A DNA stretch of 64,000 bases from a virus, in IMG/VR virus record IMGVR_UViG_3300044695_007092, positions 11,321 to 75,320 of that record; one strand, given 5' to 3'. The notes below the pieces were generated by a model. It was given only the letters and a program-made list of their open reading frames with translations, was not told where the DNA came from and did no database searches. The translations under genes were made by a program, and so were the position numbers. Of the stretch, positions 28,257 through 38,113 are shown piece after piece. The stretch's first letter is position 1. Every line of letters starts with the position of its first letter.

Positions 28257-28950
28257 AAGCCTTGAAACACTGGCCCTAGAAGCCCGCAGGCTGTATTGCG
28301 CTTTTATGTCAAAGCACATAAAGAACACAAGCGGTATCGTAAGCGAATACGGCCGAGGAATAATGCCGCACTATGACGGTACGTCGACTGAAAAGCCGAA
28401 GCATGGTAAGGCCATAGTGCATAAAAGTGGAAAAGATTATAAGCCTGTATGGCCTAAGATAGCTAAGTCCGCAGTCTCTGGTACTCTTACTGTAATAGAG
28501 CTTATAAGAGCACAGTTTGATTCATCTGTAGGCGGAGCTCCGTCTGCAAATTCGTGTCACGGTAACAGGGCTGTAGGGTTAGCTCTATCTAGAAGGGAAT
28601 CCGCAATACAGGAAAGCGCAAACCTATTGAATTCTTTTAAGAAGACTATAGATATTGATCTTACCAACATGCATAAGTTACTAACATCAAAACAGGCTGT
28701 AGCAGATGTTGTTCTTCTTAGTAAAGTTCCGTCTATATGCAAAGTTAACATACTTATGCTTATGCAACTTGAAGATAGCATACCTGATGAAGTTATCTTC
28801 GATGCGGTAGAGGATTATATGCTAAGACCAGACATATATGATGCAGCTTGGGGAGGAGCACTCCATAGTTCTTTTATAGAAAAGGCAATAAGACAAATAA
28901 AAGCCAAAAGAATTGCGCTAGGTATAAAGACAGATAAAGTAATTTTATAA
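28249..28950 (+). CDS. Hypothetical protein (possible helicase loader, by position only)
   Basis: GGAGG RBS; lies between two helicases. Confidence 0.55.
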   Translation: MSESLETLALEARRLYCAFMSKHIKNTSGIVSEYGRGIMPHYDGTSTEKPKHGKAIVHKSGKDYKPVWPKIAKSAVSGTLTVIELIRAQFDSSVGGAPSANSCHGNRAVGLALSRRESAIQESANLLNSFKKTIDIDLTNMHKLLTSKQAVADVVLLSKVPSICKVNILMLMQLEDSIPDEVIFDAVEDYMLRPDIYDAAWGGALHSSFIEKAIRQIKAKRIALGIKTDKVIL

Positions 28951-28962
28951 CAAGGAGGTATT

Positions 28963-30624
28963 ATGGCCAGGTTAGACAACAATAGCTGGTCTAGAGAATC
29001 GTCATATAGGCTTGATATAGACTCTATCGATTTTATGGTCAGGCACTACGCAAACGACGAAGACCTTGTATCTGAGTGCTCCTCCCTCTTTAAAGATAAC
29101 TACTTCTCAGAAGACGAAAAGCACTACATGCTTATAATTAAGTTTATAAGGCTGTACAAGTTAGACTTCGGCGATAGACCAAATCCAGAAGCCTTAAGAA
29201 TAATGGTAAATGATAACGATTTAGTTCGTAACGGCTACACAATGGCCAATCAAGTTCCACTTAAGGATGCTTGCTACGATATTATAAAATCAATAGGTGC
29301 ATTTACACCAGAAGACATAGTAAAGAACAGAGTTATCTGTAGGGAAATAATAAAAAGGTTTCTAGTAGAGAGAGGGTTCCATGATGCGATATATAACAAT
29401 ATATCAACCATCAACTCAGCTCAGAGCGTAATAAAGGAACCCTCAAAATTCGTAGAAAGCATAACAAACGTTCTTAACGAGATACAGTCAGTAGAGTCCT
29501 CCGCTGTTTTCAGCGTAGTACCTGACGTGTGGAAGCCTAACATTGTGGTAGGTGATTCTATAGGAATACCTTATCTAGACATGTTCATGACGGGCGGGGT
29601 TAGAGCTGGCGATGTCTACGGCGTTCTTGGAGGGTTCGGTAGCGGTAAGACGTGGATAGGTATAAACGTTATTACCCACTTCTGCAAAAACGAGAACCAT
29701 AGAAAGATAAAATGTAAAATGTCTGGGGCTCCGTATAAGCCAAAGATAGGTGTGCTTGCACACTACGAAGATAGCTTAGACAGTATACGATTCCGATTAC
29801 TTGCTAGCATGGCCGATATGCCCATGAAACATGTAATGGAATATATCATCAATGGCACACCTTTATCTACTAGATCAACCTATAGAGAGTATGAACTAAA
29901 AAGATATGCCAGTATATCTAACGATTCTATTAAAAGACCCGAAGTAGAAAGGTTTGAAGAAGCAAAGGTAATTTTAGCCGATCACTGCAGGATCATATCC
30001 TTAAATGGAGAAAATCAGCAGCACAAAGGTAAAGGTTACATAGATGAGCTTACAGCCCAGCTAAACAGCTGCGTTAAGTCTTCTAGTTCGGATCTTGGTG
30101 TATGTGTTCTTGACTACGCTAAGCTTATGGCTGAGAGGCACGTAACTGGAGGAAAGGACGGCTTTCAGAACTTAAGGCATTATATAAAGGCTATACCTGA
30201 AAGGGTATCTCTTGAGATATGCAATAAGTTTAAGTGTTACGCCGTGGTACTTCAGCAACTTAGTGGAGCCTCAACTAAGACCAGGCCCGGCATGGCTATC
30301 CATCACTCTGAAGCTTCAGAGTGTAAGGACTTTGCTGAAAACTGCCATAGAGTGTTCTGCTTAGGTAATAAGCACCCACAAAGTGGTGTTCAGAGGTTTG
30401 ACGCTTCGAAACTTAGAAATGACGAGTTTAAATCAAAGAACTATGCAGTAATAAGGTTCAATGGTGATACTTGTAATTATGAAGTAGATGACGATTGGGT
30501 AATAGATGATCACTCTGGCTTTGCTCCTGCTGGAATAGCAGGCGCATCGATGAGTGTAGCCCCTACCAGAAAAGCATCAACAGCAAGCCTGTCATCTCTA
30601 TCAGATATGGATGATGACTTATGA
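28963..30624 (+). CDS. DnaB-like replicative helicase
   Basis: GGFGSGKT Walker A, HYED, VLDYA, LQQLS, KLRN. Confidence 0.82.
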   Translation: MARLDNNSWSRESSYRLDIDSIDFMVRHYANDEDLVSECSSLFKDNYFSEDEKHYMLIIKFIRLYKLDFGDRPNPEALRIMVNDNDLVRNGYTMANQVPLKDACYDIIKSIGAFTPEDIVKNRVICREIIKRFLVERGFHDAIYNNISTINSAQSVIKEPSKFVESITNVLNEIQSVESSAVFSVVPDVWKPNIVVGDSIGIPYLDMFMTGGVRAGDVYGVLGGFGSGKTWIGINVITHFCKNENHRKIKCKMSGAPYKPKIGVLAHYEDSLDSIRFRLLASMADMPMKHVMEYIINGTPLSTRSTYREYELKRYASISNDSIKRPEVERFEEAKVILADHCRIISLNGENQQHKGKGYIDELTAQLNSCVKSSSSDLGVCVLDYAKLMAERHVTGGKDGFQNLRHYIKAIPERVSLEICNKFKCYAVVLQQLSGASTKTRPGMAIHHSEASECKDFAENCHRVFCLGNKHPQSGVQRFDASKLRNDEFKSKNYAVIRFNGDTCNYEVDDDWVIDDHSGFAPAGIAGASMSVAPTRKASTASLSSLSDMDDDL

Positions 30625-30639
30625 TATGAAAGGATTGTT

Positions 30640-31695
30640 ATGAACATGACTAGCGAGGAAGTCCTATGCCCTGAGCTTTACTATAAGTTAAAGAAGGTAT
30701 TCAGTAAAGTTTTGGTTTCAAATAGAGGCGTAGGCATGGTCCTAAGGCCAGACGGCGATGGAAGATCTGCACCGCTTGTAAGCGGGGAGCACTATAGAAT
30801 ATGCTGCCCCTGGTGTAATGATGACAGGTTTAGGTTGTATATAAATCATAGATGGTTTGAGAATAGGTTTATGGCAAACTGTTTCAACGAGACAGCTTGT
30901 ACAAAAGGAGAGCACGGTAAGGGAAGGCTTGATCAACTCCACGTATGGCTTTTTGGTACAACAGAAAAGATATTATTACCTGTAAGGCATGTAAAGGTAT
31001 CTGACTCTGAAGCTGCCGCTATGATGGAGTTTAGACCTCCGCAAGGATGTGTAGCTTTATCAAATCTGCCAGAAGAGCACGAAGCTTTGACTTACCTTAG
31101 AGGTAGAGGTTACGACCCTAGCCAGCTTGAGAAGTTTCTCGGACTAGGCTGGATAACTGACCAAGGGCTTCCAGCCCTGAAGAATAGGATATACATACCT
31201 ATATACCAGTCAGGTAAGCTTATGGGCTTCCAAGCTAGAATAGTAAAAGAAGATCCTGAGAGAGCACATCAGAAGTATATAAATCCAATGGGTATGCGTA
31301 AATCTACGTTGTTGTACAACTTAGACAATGCAATAAACCAGGAAGTACTGGTAGTGTGTGAAGGCCCCGCTGATGTATGGTCAGTAGGGCCTTCTGGTGT
31401 TGCCATATTTGGAAGCGACTGTAGCTATAACCAGCTTACTACTATAGGTAAGCATTTTAATGGAAAGACTATAGCCGTAGCCCTTGATGCAGATGCACAC
31501 GAAAAGGCTGATCAACTTGTTGTAAAGATACAGCAAGTAGTCCCAAGGTCCTTTGTAACAAAGATAGAAATGGCAGGAAACGAAGATCCTGGAAGCCTTA
31601 AATTAGAATTGTGGAGACGTCTCTACAATAAGCTGACCAGCAGTGGATTAGAAATACCAAAAGCAACAATGGAGTGGCCTTTACACCATGCATGA
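30640..31695 (+). CDS. DNA primase
   Basis: CPWC...CFNETAC zinc finger, YLRGRG, FQAR, KYIN, CEGPAD, LDAD TOPRIM. Confidence 0.88.
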   Translation: MNMTSEEVLCPELYYKLKKVFSKVLVSNRGVGMVLRPDGDGRSAPLVSGEHYRICCPWCNDDRFRLYINHRWFENRFMANCFNETACTKGEHGKGRLDQLHVWLFGTTEKILLPVRHVKVSDSEAAAMMEFRPPQGCVALSNLPEEHEALTYLRGRGYDPSQLEKFLGLGWITDQGLPALKNRIYIPIYQSGKLMGFQARIVKEDPERAHQKYINPMGMRKSTLLYNLDNAINQEVLVVCEGPADVWSVGPSGVAIFGSDCSYNQLTTIGKHFNGKTIAVALDADAHEKADQLVVKIQQVVPRSFVTKIEMAGNEDPGSLKLELWRRLYNKLTSSGLEIPKATMEWPLHHA

Positions 31696-34600
31696 AAAAC
31701 TAGATTTAACTAGCCACTGCACGTTTACGAATTTTGTGCAGCTTATAGAAAAATCTGGGCCTCTTTTACCGTGGCCCTTTATTTTTCCAAGTCAAGTAAC
31801 GACTATATTTAATAAACCAGGACCTGACTTCTTTCAGCTGGCCAAGGTTATGGCTAACTCTGAAGAGAAGCTAATAATAGATGCTTATCTAGATTTCCTA
31901 CACTTCAGGGCTCTTTACGACAGCAACTTTATGTTGCCTGTAATGTTTAACGGAAACATACTTGAAGCTAGGACTGTCCCTGGAAGCGGGTGGATGGCTG
32001 ATTGCAGGGTAGGCCCGTTCCGAAAGTATAAGTACATGGTAGTAGGTAAAGCTCCTACTGATGAGGACATATTCAAAGGTAAGATTACTTTTGGATCTAA
32101 CGCTTCTCTTCTCTGGGATATGCTATCTGTACACGGGTTTAACAAGTCAGACTTCTATCTAACCTGTGTGGTTAAACATAAGACACTAGACCCTTCGTCT
32201 AATGGATTAAAGTCTGCGTGGGTAAACAACTGCGCGGCTATATTAAAGCTTGAGATGATGCTAGCAAAGCCAGACTTTATATTGCTAACAGGCGACGAAG
32301 CCCTTAAAGCTGTTGCTGGAAGAGACAAGAAGCTTTCAGACGCAGTAGGAAAGGTATTTGATGTTCCTATCGCCTGTTTAGACGGTTCGGTTCATATAGC
32401 TAAAGCCGTAGCTGCTGTAAATCCTGCTTATGTTATGAGGTATCCAGAGCACTTAGACAGACTTAGGTCTTCTGTTTCTCATTTTGCAGCTCTGTGCAAA
32501 GGAGAAGAGTTTCTTTCAAATGAAACAGATATACAGCATTTCGATATAAGATCTGGCAGTGAGCTTGAAATAATAAAAAATGAAATACTAAAGGAAAGTA
32601 ATCCAGTTATAGCCATAGATCTAGAATGGCATGGAGACTGGCCTACGGAAAAAGACGCATACGTAAGAACTTTACAGCTTTCATGGAAGCCAAAGTTTGC
32701 CTGCAGCATAGTTATAAATAAAGCTGGAGGAGGACTGGTATTTGATAGCCCATCCCCTAATGGAATGGAAACTCTTAGAAGGATTCTAAACTCCATATTC
32801 TTTCCAGAAGATGGCAGGAAGGTTAGAGTGGTAGGTCATTACCTTACTGCAGATCTTCCCTGGCTTAAGTCTTTAGGTGTAGACCTGTCTAACCTGTTCA
32901 CGGCGCCAGACGACGATGACTTTAAAAATGTTAAGACTAATGCAGATATGGCTGCATATAGATTTGGTTTTGAGAAAACAGAATATGAAGGCGGATTTGA
33001 TACTTTACTGGCTGCCCACGCTGTAAATGAGACGGACATATTCAATCTAGAGGAGCAGGCAGTAAGATACTGCGGCGTTCCTAGGTGGGAAGGTCCTTTA
33101 GTTGAATGGCGTAAGAGGTACTGCAAAGAGAAGGGAATAAAAGACTCAGCTCTAGGCGGTTATGGGGATTGCCCAGATGAAGTATTAATTCCTTATGGTT
33201 GCTACGATGCCGACGTAACCAGAAGGTTATTTGACTATTATAACGGCACTCCTTCAGAGGAGGGCAAGCTCAATAAAGATAAGTACGGCAATAACTGTAG
33301 AGTTCCTTTTTGGACATCTATGAGAGCTTATCCTGCTTTTATAGAGATGAGGCAAAAAGGCATACTAATTGACCAGGCTAGAGTCAGAGAGCTTACTGAG
33401 TTGTACGAGGCTTTATATGAGAGCCTGCTTACTAAACTCAGAGTAATGATTAAATGGCCTGAGTTTAATGCTTCAAGTACGTTTCATAAGAGAGAGCTGC
33501 TATTCGGAGAGAAGCTCTCAGGAAAAAGAGATGCGGACGGTAATCCTGTTAGGCAGAGGCCTAATGAAGCTGTATGCCTTAACATACAGCCTTACAAAAG
33601 TACCGGAACCGGATCTAAAGGAAAACTATGGGCTGAGTTAGCTGCCAGAGGTACAGAGCATCTCTATACAGCGGCTACTGACAAGGAGTCTCTAACCATA
33701 TTGTCTGAAGGAAATCCTGTCGTAACAGCGCTTAGAGACGTAAGAGCTCTACACTATTTGAAGACTACTGTCCTAAGGTCCCCAGAATGTGATAAGGATG
33801 GAATAGAGCTCGTAGATGATGACGGAGAGCAAGTGTACGAGAAAGGCTTACTATCGTATATCAACTCAGACAATAGAGTTCGTTCTATGTTTAGTCAGGC
33901 TAAGGAAACCGGAAGGGCTTCTTCATCAAGACCAAACATGCAGAATCTAGGTAAGACTATAGAGGATAGGTATAAAGCTATCTTTTCAGCTCATGGAGCA
34001 GATCTGTCTCTTGAGTACTCTTACCCTCTCAGATCTGCCATTAGCGCTAGACCTGGGACTGTACTGGTAGAGGCTGACTACACTGGCGCTGAGCTAGCTA
34101 TTATGGCTTGGCAGTCTGGCGACAAGAATATGATTGATCATGTACGAAGGGCCAATCTTCCTGAAAATGACCCTGAGTACTACGACATTCATAGCAATGT
34201 TGCCGTTAGCACTTTTAAACTATCATGCCCTCCTACAAAGAAAGGACTAAAGGATGCAGGAAAGGGCGGGCTACGAACAGCGGCAAAGGCTGTAGTGTTC
34301 GGATATGCTTACGGCCAAGGAGCAGAGTCTACTGCTCGAAAAGCCAAGCAAGAAGGTGTAGAGATTACAGTAGGAGAGGCACAAGATCTTATCAACGGTC
34401 TTGTAGCCATGTATCCTGCCCTGCCTATATATTTCCAAGAGTGTAAGCTAAGGGTAAAAACTCCAGGATGGGTGTGTAATGCTTTCGGCAGATTCAGAAG
34501 ATTTGCCCCTAGTAACGACAGAGCTGTAATAGCTGAATATGAACGACAGAGCATGAATTTCCCTATTCAGTCATGCGTAGCTGACGCTGTATCGAGATCA

Positions 34601-34915
34601 TTAGATCATATATACAACTATAGAAAAAATGCACCAAAAGGAATGACTTACGATATCATCCTACAGGTTCATGACGCGGTTATTTTAGAGGTTCCTTACG
34701 AATGCGTACCTTGGGTAGTAGATGAAGTGCTGCCTACGTGCATGAGTAAGAACGTTAGTATATATTCTTGTAAATTAGACGGAACTAAGAGGCCAGGAGA
34801 CAGCGGTCCTTATAATCTAGGTATAGCGACTGAAGTATTTACCAAGTGGTCGATACCGCTTACAAAGAAGGACTGTGAAATTATGGGTATACCCGAGAGG
34901 TTTGCTCAACATTAG
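31688..34915 (+). CDS. Family A DNA polymerase with N-terminal UDG-like domain and 3'-5' exonuclease
   Basis: UDG-like VVGKAP; exonuclease IDLE and YGCYDAD; TGRASSSRPNMQN, ADYTGAEL, RTAAKAVVFGYAYG, QVHDA. Confidence 0.93.
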   Translation: MHEKLDLTSHCTFTNFVQLIEKSGPLLPWPFIFPSQVTTIFNKPGPDFFQLAKVMANSEEKLIIDAYLDFLHFRALYDSNFMLPVMFNGNILEARTVPGSGWMADCRVGPFRKYKYMVVGKAPTDEDIFKGKITFGSNASLLWDMLSVHGFNKSDFYLTCVVKHKTLDPSSNGLKSAWVNNCAAILKLEMMLAKPDFILLTGDEALKAVAGRDKKLSDAVGKVFDVPIACLDGSVHIAKAVAAVNPAYVMRYPEHLDRLRSSVSHFAALCKGEEFLSNETDIQHFDIRSGSELEIIKNEILKESNPVIAIDLEWHGDWPTEKDAYVRTLQLSWKPKFACSIVINKAGGGLVFDSPSPNGMETLRRILNSIFFPEDGRKVRVVGHYLTADLPWLKSLGVDLSNLFTAPDDDDFKNVKTNADMAAYRFGFEKTEYEGGFDTLLAAHAVNETDIFNLEEQAVRYCGVPRWEGPLVEWRKRYCKEKGIKDSALGGYGDCPDEVLIPYGCYDADVTRRLFDYYNGTPSEEGKLNKDKYGNNCRVPFWTSMRAYPAFIEMRQKGILIDQARVRELTELYEALYESLLTKLRVMIKWPEFNASSTFHKRELLFGEKLSGKRDADGNPVRQRPNEAVCLNIQPYKSTGTGSKGKLWAELAARGTEHLYTAATDKESLTILSEGNPVVTALRDVRALHYLKTTVLRSPECDKDGIELVDDDGEQVYEKGLLSYINSDNRVRSMFSQAKETGRASSSRPNMQNLGKTIEDRYKAIFSAHGADLSLEYSYPLRSAISARPGTVLVEADYTGAELAIMAWQSGDKNMIDHVRRANLPENDPEYYDIHSNVAVSTFKLSCPPTKKGLKDAGKGGLRTAAKAVVFGYAYGQGAESTARKAKQEGVEITVGEAQDLINGLVAMYPALPIYFQECKLRVKTPGWVCNAFGRFRRFAPSNDRAVIAEYERQSMNFPIQSCVADAVSRSLDHIYNYRKNAPKGMTYDIILQVHDAVILEVPYECVPWVVDEVLPTCMSKNVSIYSCKLDGTKRPGDSGPYNLGIATEVFTKWSIPLTKKDCEIMGIPERFAQH

Positions 34916-34925
34916 GAGGTTAGTC

Positions 34926-35423
34926 ATGGAGTATCGTAAAATAGCAACTGGAATGATTGAGGCTACATATGAGGCTTTTAAGGAGTGGAAAAACCCTACT
35001 CGTAAAGCTACAATTTTTGATAACGATAGTGACCTAGAGTATGAGCTTAATAAGCACGGCGATATACCTGTATGGTCTAAGATGGACACCGATAGCAAGT
35101 GTGCGGCAATAGAGTACGTTTATAAAAATAGAGATACCCTAGAGCTGCACTCTGGTTGCGTGTCCAGTATGGTTCAGGCCACTGCTTACTTTATGATATA
35201 CGATTTTGTTACAAACATAATTTTCTCAAAAGACGACTCAGGCATTCCAGAGATAGAGATGTTCTTTGATGATTTAGATTTTATGAGCCACGATGAATAT
35301 AATACCGAGGAAGTTCTTGTCTTTCCAGCAGACGGGTCAAAAGCAGGACCGGAGGCTAACAACTTTGACTCTAGTATGTCTAAGTTGTGTGATAAGGCTG
35401 TGGCTGAAGACCACCCAAGCTAG
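34926..35423 (+). CDS. Hypothetical protein
   Basis: AGGAGG RBS before ATG 34926. Confidence 0.6.
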   Translation: MEYRKIATGMIEATYEAFKEWKNPTRKATIFDNDSDLEYELNKHGDIPVWSKMDTDSKCAAIEYVYKNRDTLELHSGCVSSMVQATAYFMIYDFVTNIIFSKDDSGIPEIEMFFDDLDFMSHDEYNTEEVLVFPADGSKAGPEANNFDSSMSKLCDKAVAEDHPS

Positions 35424-35445
35424 TGCCAATATTGGCTGTTTTGCC

Positions 35446-35480
35446 TATGATCACGAAAGCAATTTCGTGATCATATCTTT
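35446..35480 (+). terminator. Perfect 13-bp hairpin with GCAA loop (terminator or operator)
   Basis: TATGATCACGAAA-GCAA-TTTCGTGATCATA. Confidence 0.6.
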
Positions 35481-35559
35481 AATTAATTTAACTAGGAGAT
35501 GAGTACTCTAAGGTATCTAGTTGCTTAATTCATGATAGTTTAGACTGCTTTAGGAGAAG

Positions 35560-35880
35560 ATGATGGAGACTAGAAAGTGTAAGTTTTGTAATGAAGATGT
35601 TATCTATAATAACATCTCAGGCAGGCATATGAACATAGATGGAAAATCATATCATTCTAAAACTTGCAAAAACTCTATGGAATACCATAAAGCACGAGCA
35701 GCAGAAGTAGCAGAAACTAAAAGAAAATCTAATACTAAAAAGGCTAAACGCAGAAAACCCCAAGATGAGATTGACCGACTAATATGGGAGGGTGATAGAA
35801 TAATCGACGGACACGCCGCTGACTGGGGGCTAGTAGAGGACTCAGACGATTATAATGCTGGCTGCAGGGACGACTATTAG
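35560..35880 (+). CDS. Hypothetical zinc-binding protein
   Basis: CKFC...HSKTC; AGGAG RBS. Confidence 0.6.
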   Translation: MMETRKCKFCNEDVIYNNISGRHMNIDGKSYHSKTCKNSMEYHKARAAEVAETKRKSNTKKAKRRKPQDEIDRLIWEGDRIIDGHAADWGLVEDSDDYNAGCRDDY

Positions 35881-35902
35881 GACTTTTTTGTAAGGATACT
35901 AT

Positions 35903-36091
35903 ATGAACTTCTCAAAGCATATAACAGCATTTCTATTAAGGCAGAGAGGGCAGAACGGCCCTCTCTGTGCAGAGATAGAGGAAAAACTGTCGCCAGAAGG
36001 ACAGGAGAGACTATTTAAAATATTACAGGATATGGACTTAGAAATAGGTAGAGCAAAACGCAGGCAACCTTGGCTGCCGGGGCAAGTGTAG
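35903..36091 (+). CDS. Hypothetical protein
   Basis: AAGGA RBS. Confidence 0.5.
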   Translation: MNFSKHITAFLLRQRGQNGPLCAEIEEKLSPEGQERLFKILQDMDLEIGRAKRRQPWLPGQV

Positions 36092-36132
36092 CTAACATAG
36101 CTAGTGATTACCTTATAGATAGGAATTATAAG

Positions 36133-36612
36133 ATGATAGCTTTTTGCGGTCATGGCAGGTCTGGAAAAGATACTGCGGCTTTGATGTTCTCTAAACTAAC
36201 TGGCTTAGCGTACTCCGGAAGCATGTCTTGGTCAGGTAAGGGTGTTGTAGCTAAAGCTCTGGGTATACCAGAGCAGATAGCATGGGACACCCGACATCAG
36301 AGAAGGTTAGAGTGGTATAACATACTTAAGGACTGTAGAGATAACGATCCTACTTGGCTGGTTAAGTTATGCCTTAGCCAAGCTGAAGTAATATCTGGAA
36401 TAAGAGATCTTATAGAATTAAAGTCTAGTCTAGAAAAGGGTTATGTCAAATACGCTATATGGGTTGATAGACCGGGTATTGACCCTGATCCGACAGTCAC
36501 ATACAATTCCTCAGACTGCACGCATATCTTGAAAAATTCTGGTGATTTAAATTTTTTAAATAATCAGATTTATCAGTTGGCGGAAGAGCTCAATTTAATA
36601 AAAAGAGCATAG
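36133..36612 (+). CDS. Deoxynucleoside monophosphate kinase-like P-loop protein
   Basis: AFCGHGRSGKDT, ISGIR..E, IWVDRP, ILKNSG. Confidence 0.7.
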   Translation: MIAFCGHGRSGKDTAALMFSKLTGLAYSGSMSWSGKGVVAKALGIPEQIAWDTRHQRRLEWYNILKDCRDNDPTWLVKLCLSQAEVISGIRDLIELKSSLEKGYVKYAIWVDRPGIDPDPTVTYNSSDCTHILKNSGDLNFLNNQIYQLAEELNLIKRA

Positions 36613-36672
36613 TGTTAATTTTTCTTTGTGGCCAGGTCGGTTATCCGACCGAAATTTTACTTGGAGGTTTTT

Positions 36673-38022
36673 ATGCAAGGTTTTCGAATGCCCAGTGAAA
36701 ATGCATCCCGTGAGTCAAATCGCGGAGATCATATTTTGAAGCCGGGCTCTGGTATGGTTAAACGCCCATCGTGGGCCAAGTCTGATCCCACTGTGATACG
36801 TATCTTTCCCTGTATCCAAGACGGTAATTTTCAACCTACTCGGTACACCGATACGGATTTTAGTGGATGGTTCTATGCAGCATCTATGGTATTGGGCTTT
36901 GGTAATCCACAAAAGTCTTGGATCGCATACGATCCAGAAGACCGACATTACGATACTCGTAATAATCCTGCTGTAATTGTATACGATTTGGCTAATCAAG
37001 TAGCTAATGGTAAGGTACGAGGACCTCAGGAATGGGCTCTTATGCTAAAAGGCGGGCAGGGCAGATCTGCGCTTATTTCAAGGCCAGACACTGCGCTTAT
37101 TGTTAGGTGTGCTGTTTATGAAAATAAAGGGCAGCCAAACAACCCACCAGACGGGTTAGCTCCAAACCATCAGACTGTCTTTATGCTTTTAAAGAAGTCA
37201 GCTTGGTCAGCTATGAATAAAGAGATTAATTCCTCAAGTGGAGTTAGTTCTGAAAACTCTAATCTAAGGTTTAAGCACGGAGACGTGGTAAGCCTAGCCG
37301 ACGGTTCTTACTTTTTATTCTACGAAATGGGGTTCCCTCCTAGAGGCTATGAACACCTAAAAGATGCACCAGCTATGGCTTCTTATTCTTCAAAGATGAA
37401 GCCCATCGGATATGACTGCATCGTAAGCAAAACGTATAGAGGCCAGCCAGCTACGTTTAGTCAGGAAGAAGTAGGCATGATCGCCAGGAGAGTAGCTTCT
37501 CCTATTAGGGACTGCCTTAATTTTCCTACAGACGAAGAGCAAGTGCGCTTCATAGTGGACAGCATGAGAGATAACTCAGCTTCCGCAGGGCTTGTAGTAC
37601 ATGCCCTCAGAGACAGATACGAAAGAAGCATCCCAGCTGACTTCGTGAACTTTGGCAATGAATTCTTGAGACAGGTTGGTCTTATGGCCACCTCTGTATC
37701 CAATCCAGGATTCACTCAAGCTTTGCCTACGTATCCTATGCCTACGTACCAGCAAAATACTGCCGGCCTAGCTCCTGTAGTAGCACCAGTAGGAGTTCCT
37801 GTACCTCAGGCTATTCCTTCTAACTACCCACAGGTAGCGGCTCCAGCTATTCCTCAGCCGGTGCCTAGCCCTAATCAGGTTCCCATGATGCAGAATATGG
37901 CTGATATCCAAAGTATGATCAGCAAAAACATATCTGAAGTATCTGAGAACCCAGACAAGATTAGAGACGAGCTTAAAGATATGCTTGCAAGAAATAGAGC
38001 AGGTCACAACGTACCTGAGTAG
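36673..38022 (+). CDS. Putative single-stranded DNA-binding protein (gp32-like) with Pro-rich tail
   Basis: TVIRIFP motif; lies upstream of the RecA-like gene; strong RBS. Confidence 0.45.
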   Translation: MQGFRMPSENASRESNRGDHILKPGSGMVKRPSWAKSDPTVIRIFPCIQDGNFQPTRYTDTDFSGWFYAASMVLGFGNPQKSWIAYDPEDRHYDTRNNPAVIVYDLANQVANGKVRGPQEWALMLKGGQGRSALISRPDTALIVRCAVYENKGQPNNPPDGLAPNHQTVFMLLKKSAWSAMNKEINSSSGVSSENSNLRFKHGDVVSLADGSYFLFYEMGFPPRGYEHLKDAPAMASYSSKMKPIGYDCIVSKTYRGQPATFSQEEVGMIARRVASPIRDCLNFPTDEEQVRFIVDSMRDNSASAGLVVHALRDRYERSIPADFVNFGNEFLRQVGLMATSVSNPGFTQALPTYPMPTYQQNTAGLAPVVAPVGVPVPQAIPSNYPQVAAPAIPQPVPSPNQVPMMQNMADIQSMISKNISEVSENPDKIRDELKDMLARNRAGHNVPE

Positions 38023-38113
38023 TAATTAATAATTGATATGCCTCTTGTTAAGGCGAGAGGCATGTCTATCTTCACGTATTTACAATAATTTACATATACA
38101 TATAGAGGGCATC

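Noticed and set aside
31688-34915. Intein or intron in the long polymerase
   Set aside because: Extra length is explained by the UDG-like domain; no intein or LAGLIDADG motifs seen
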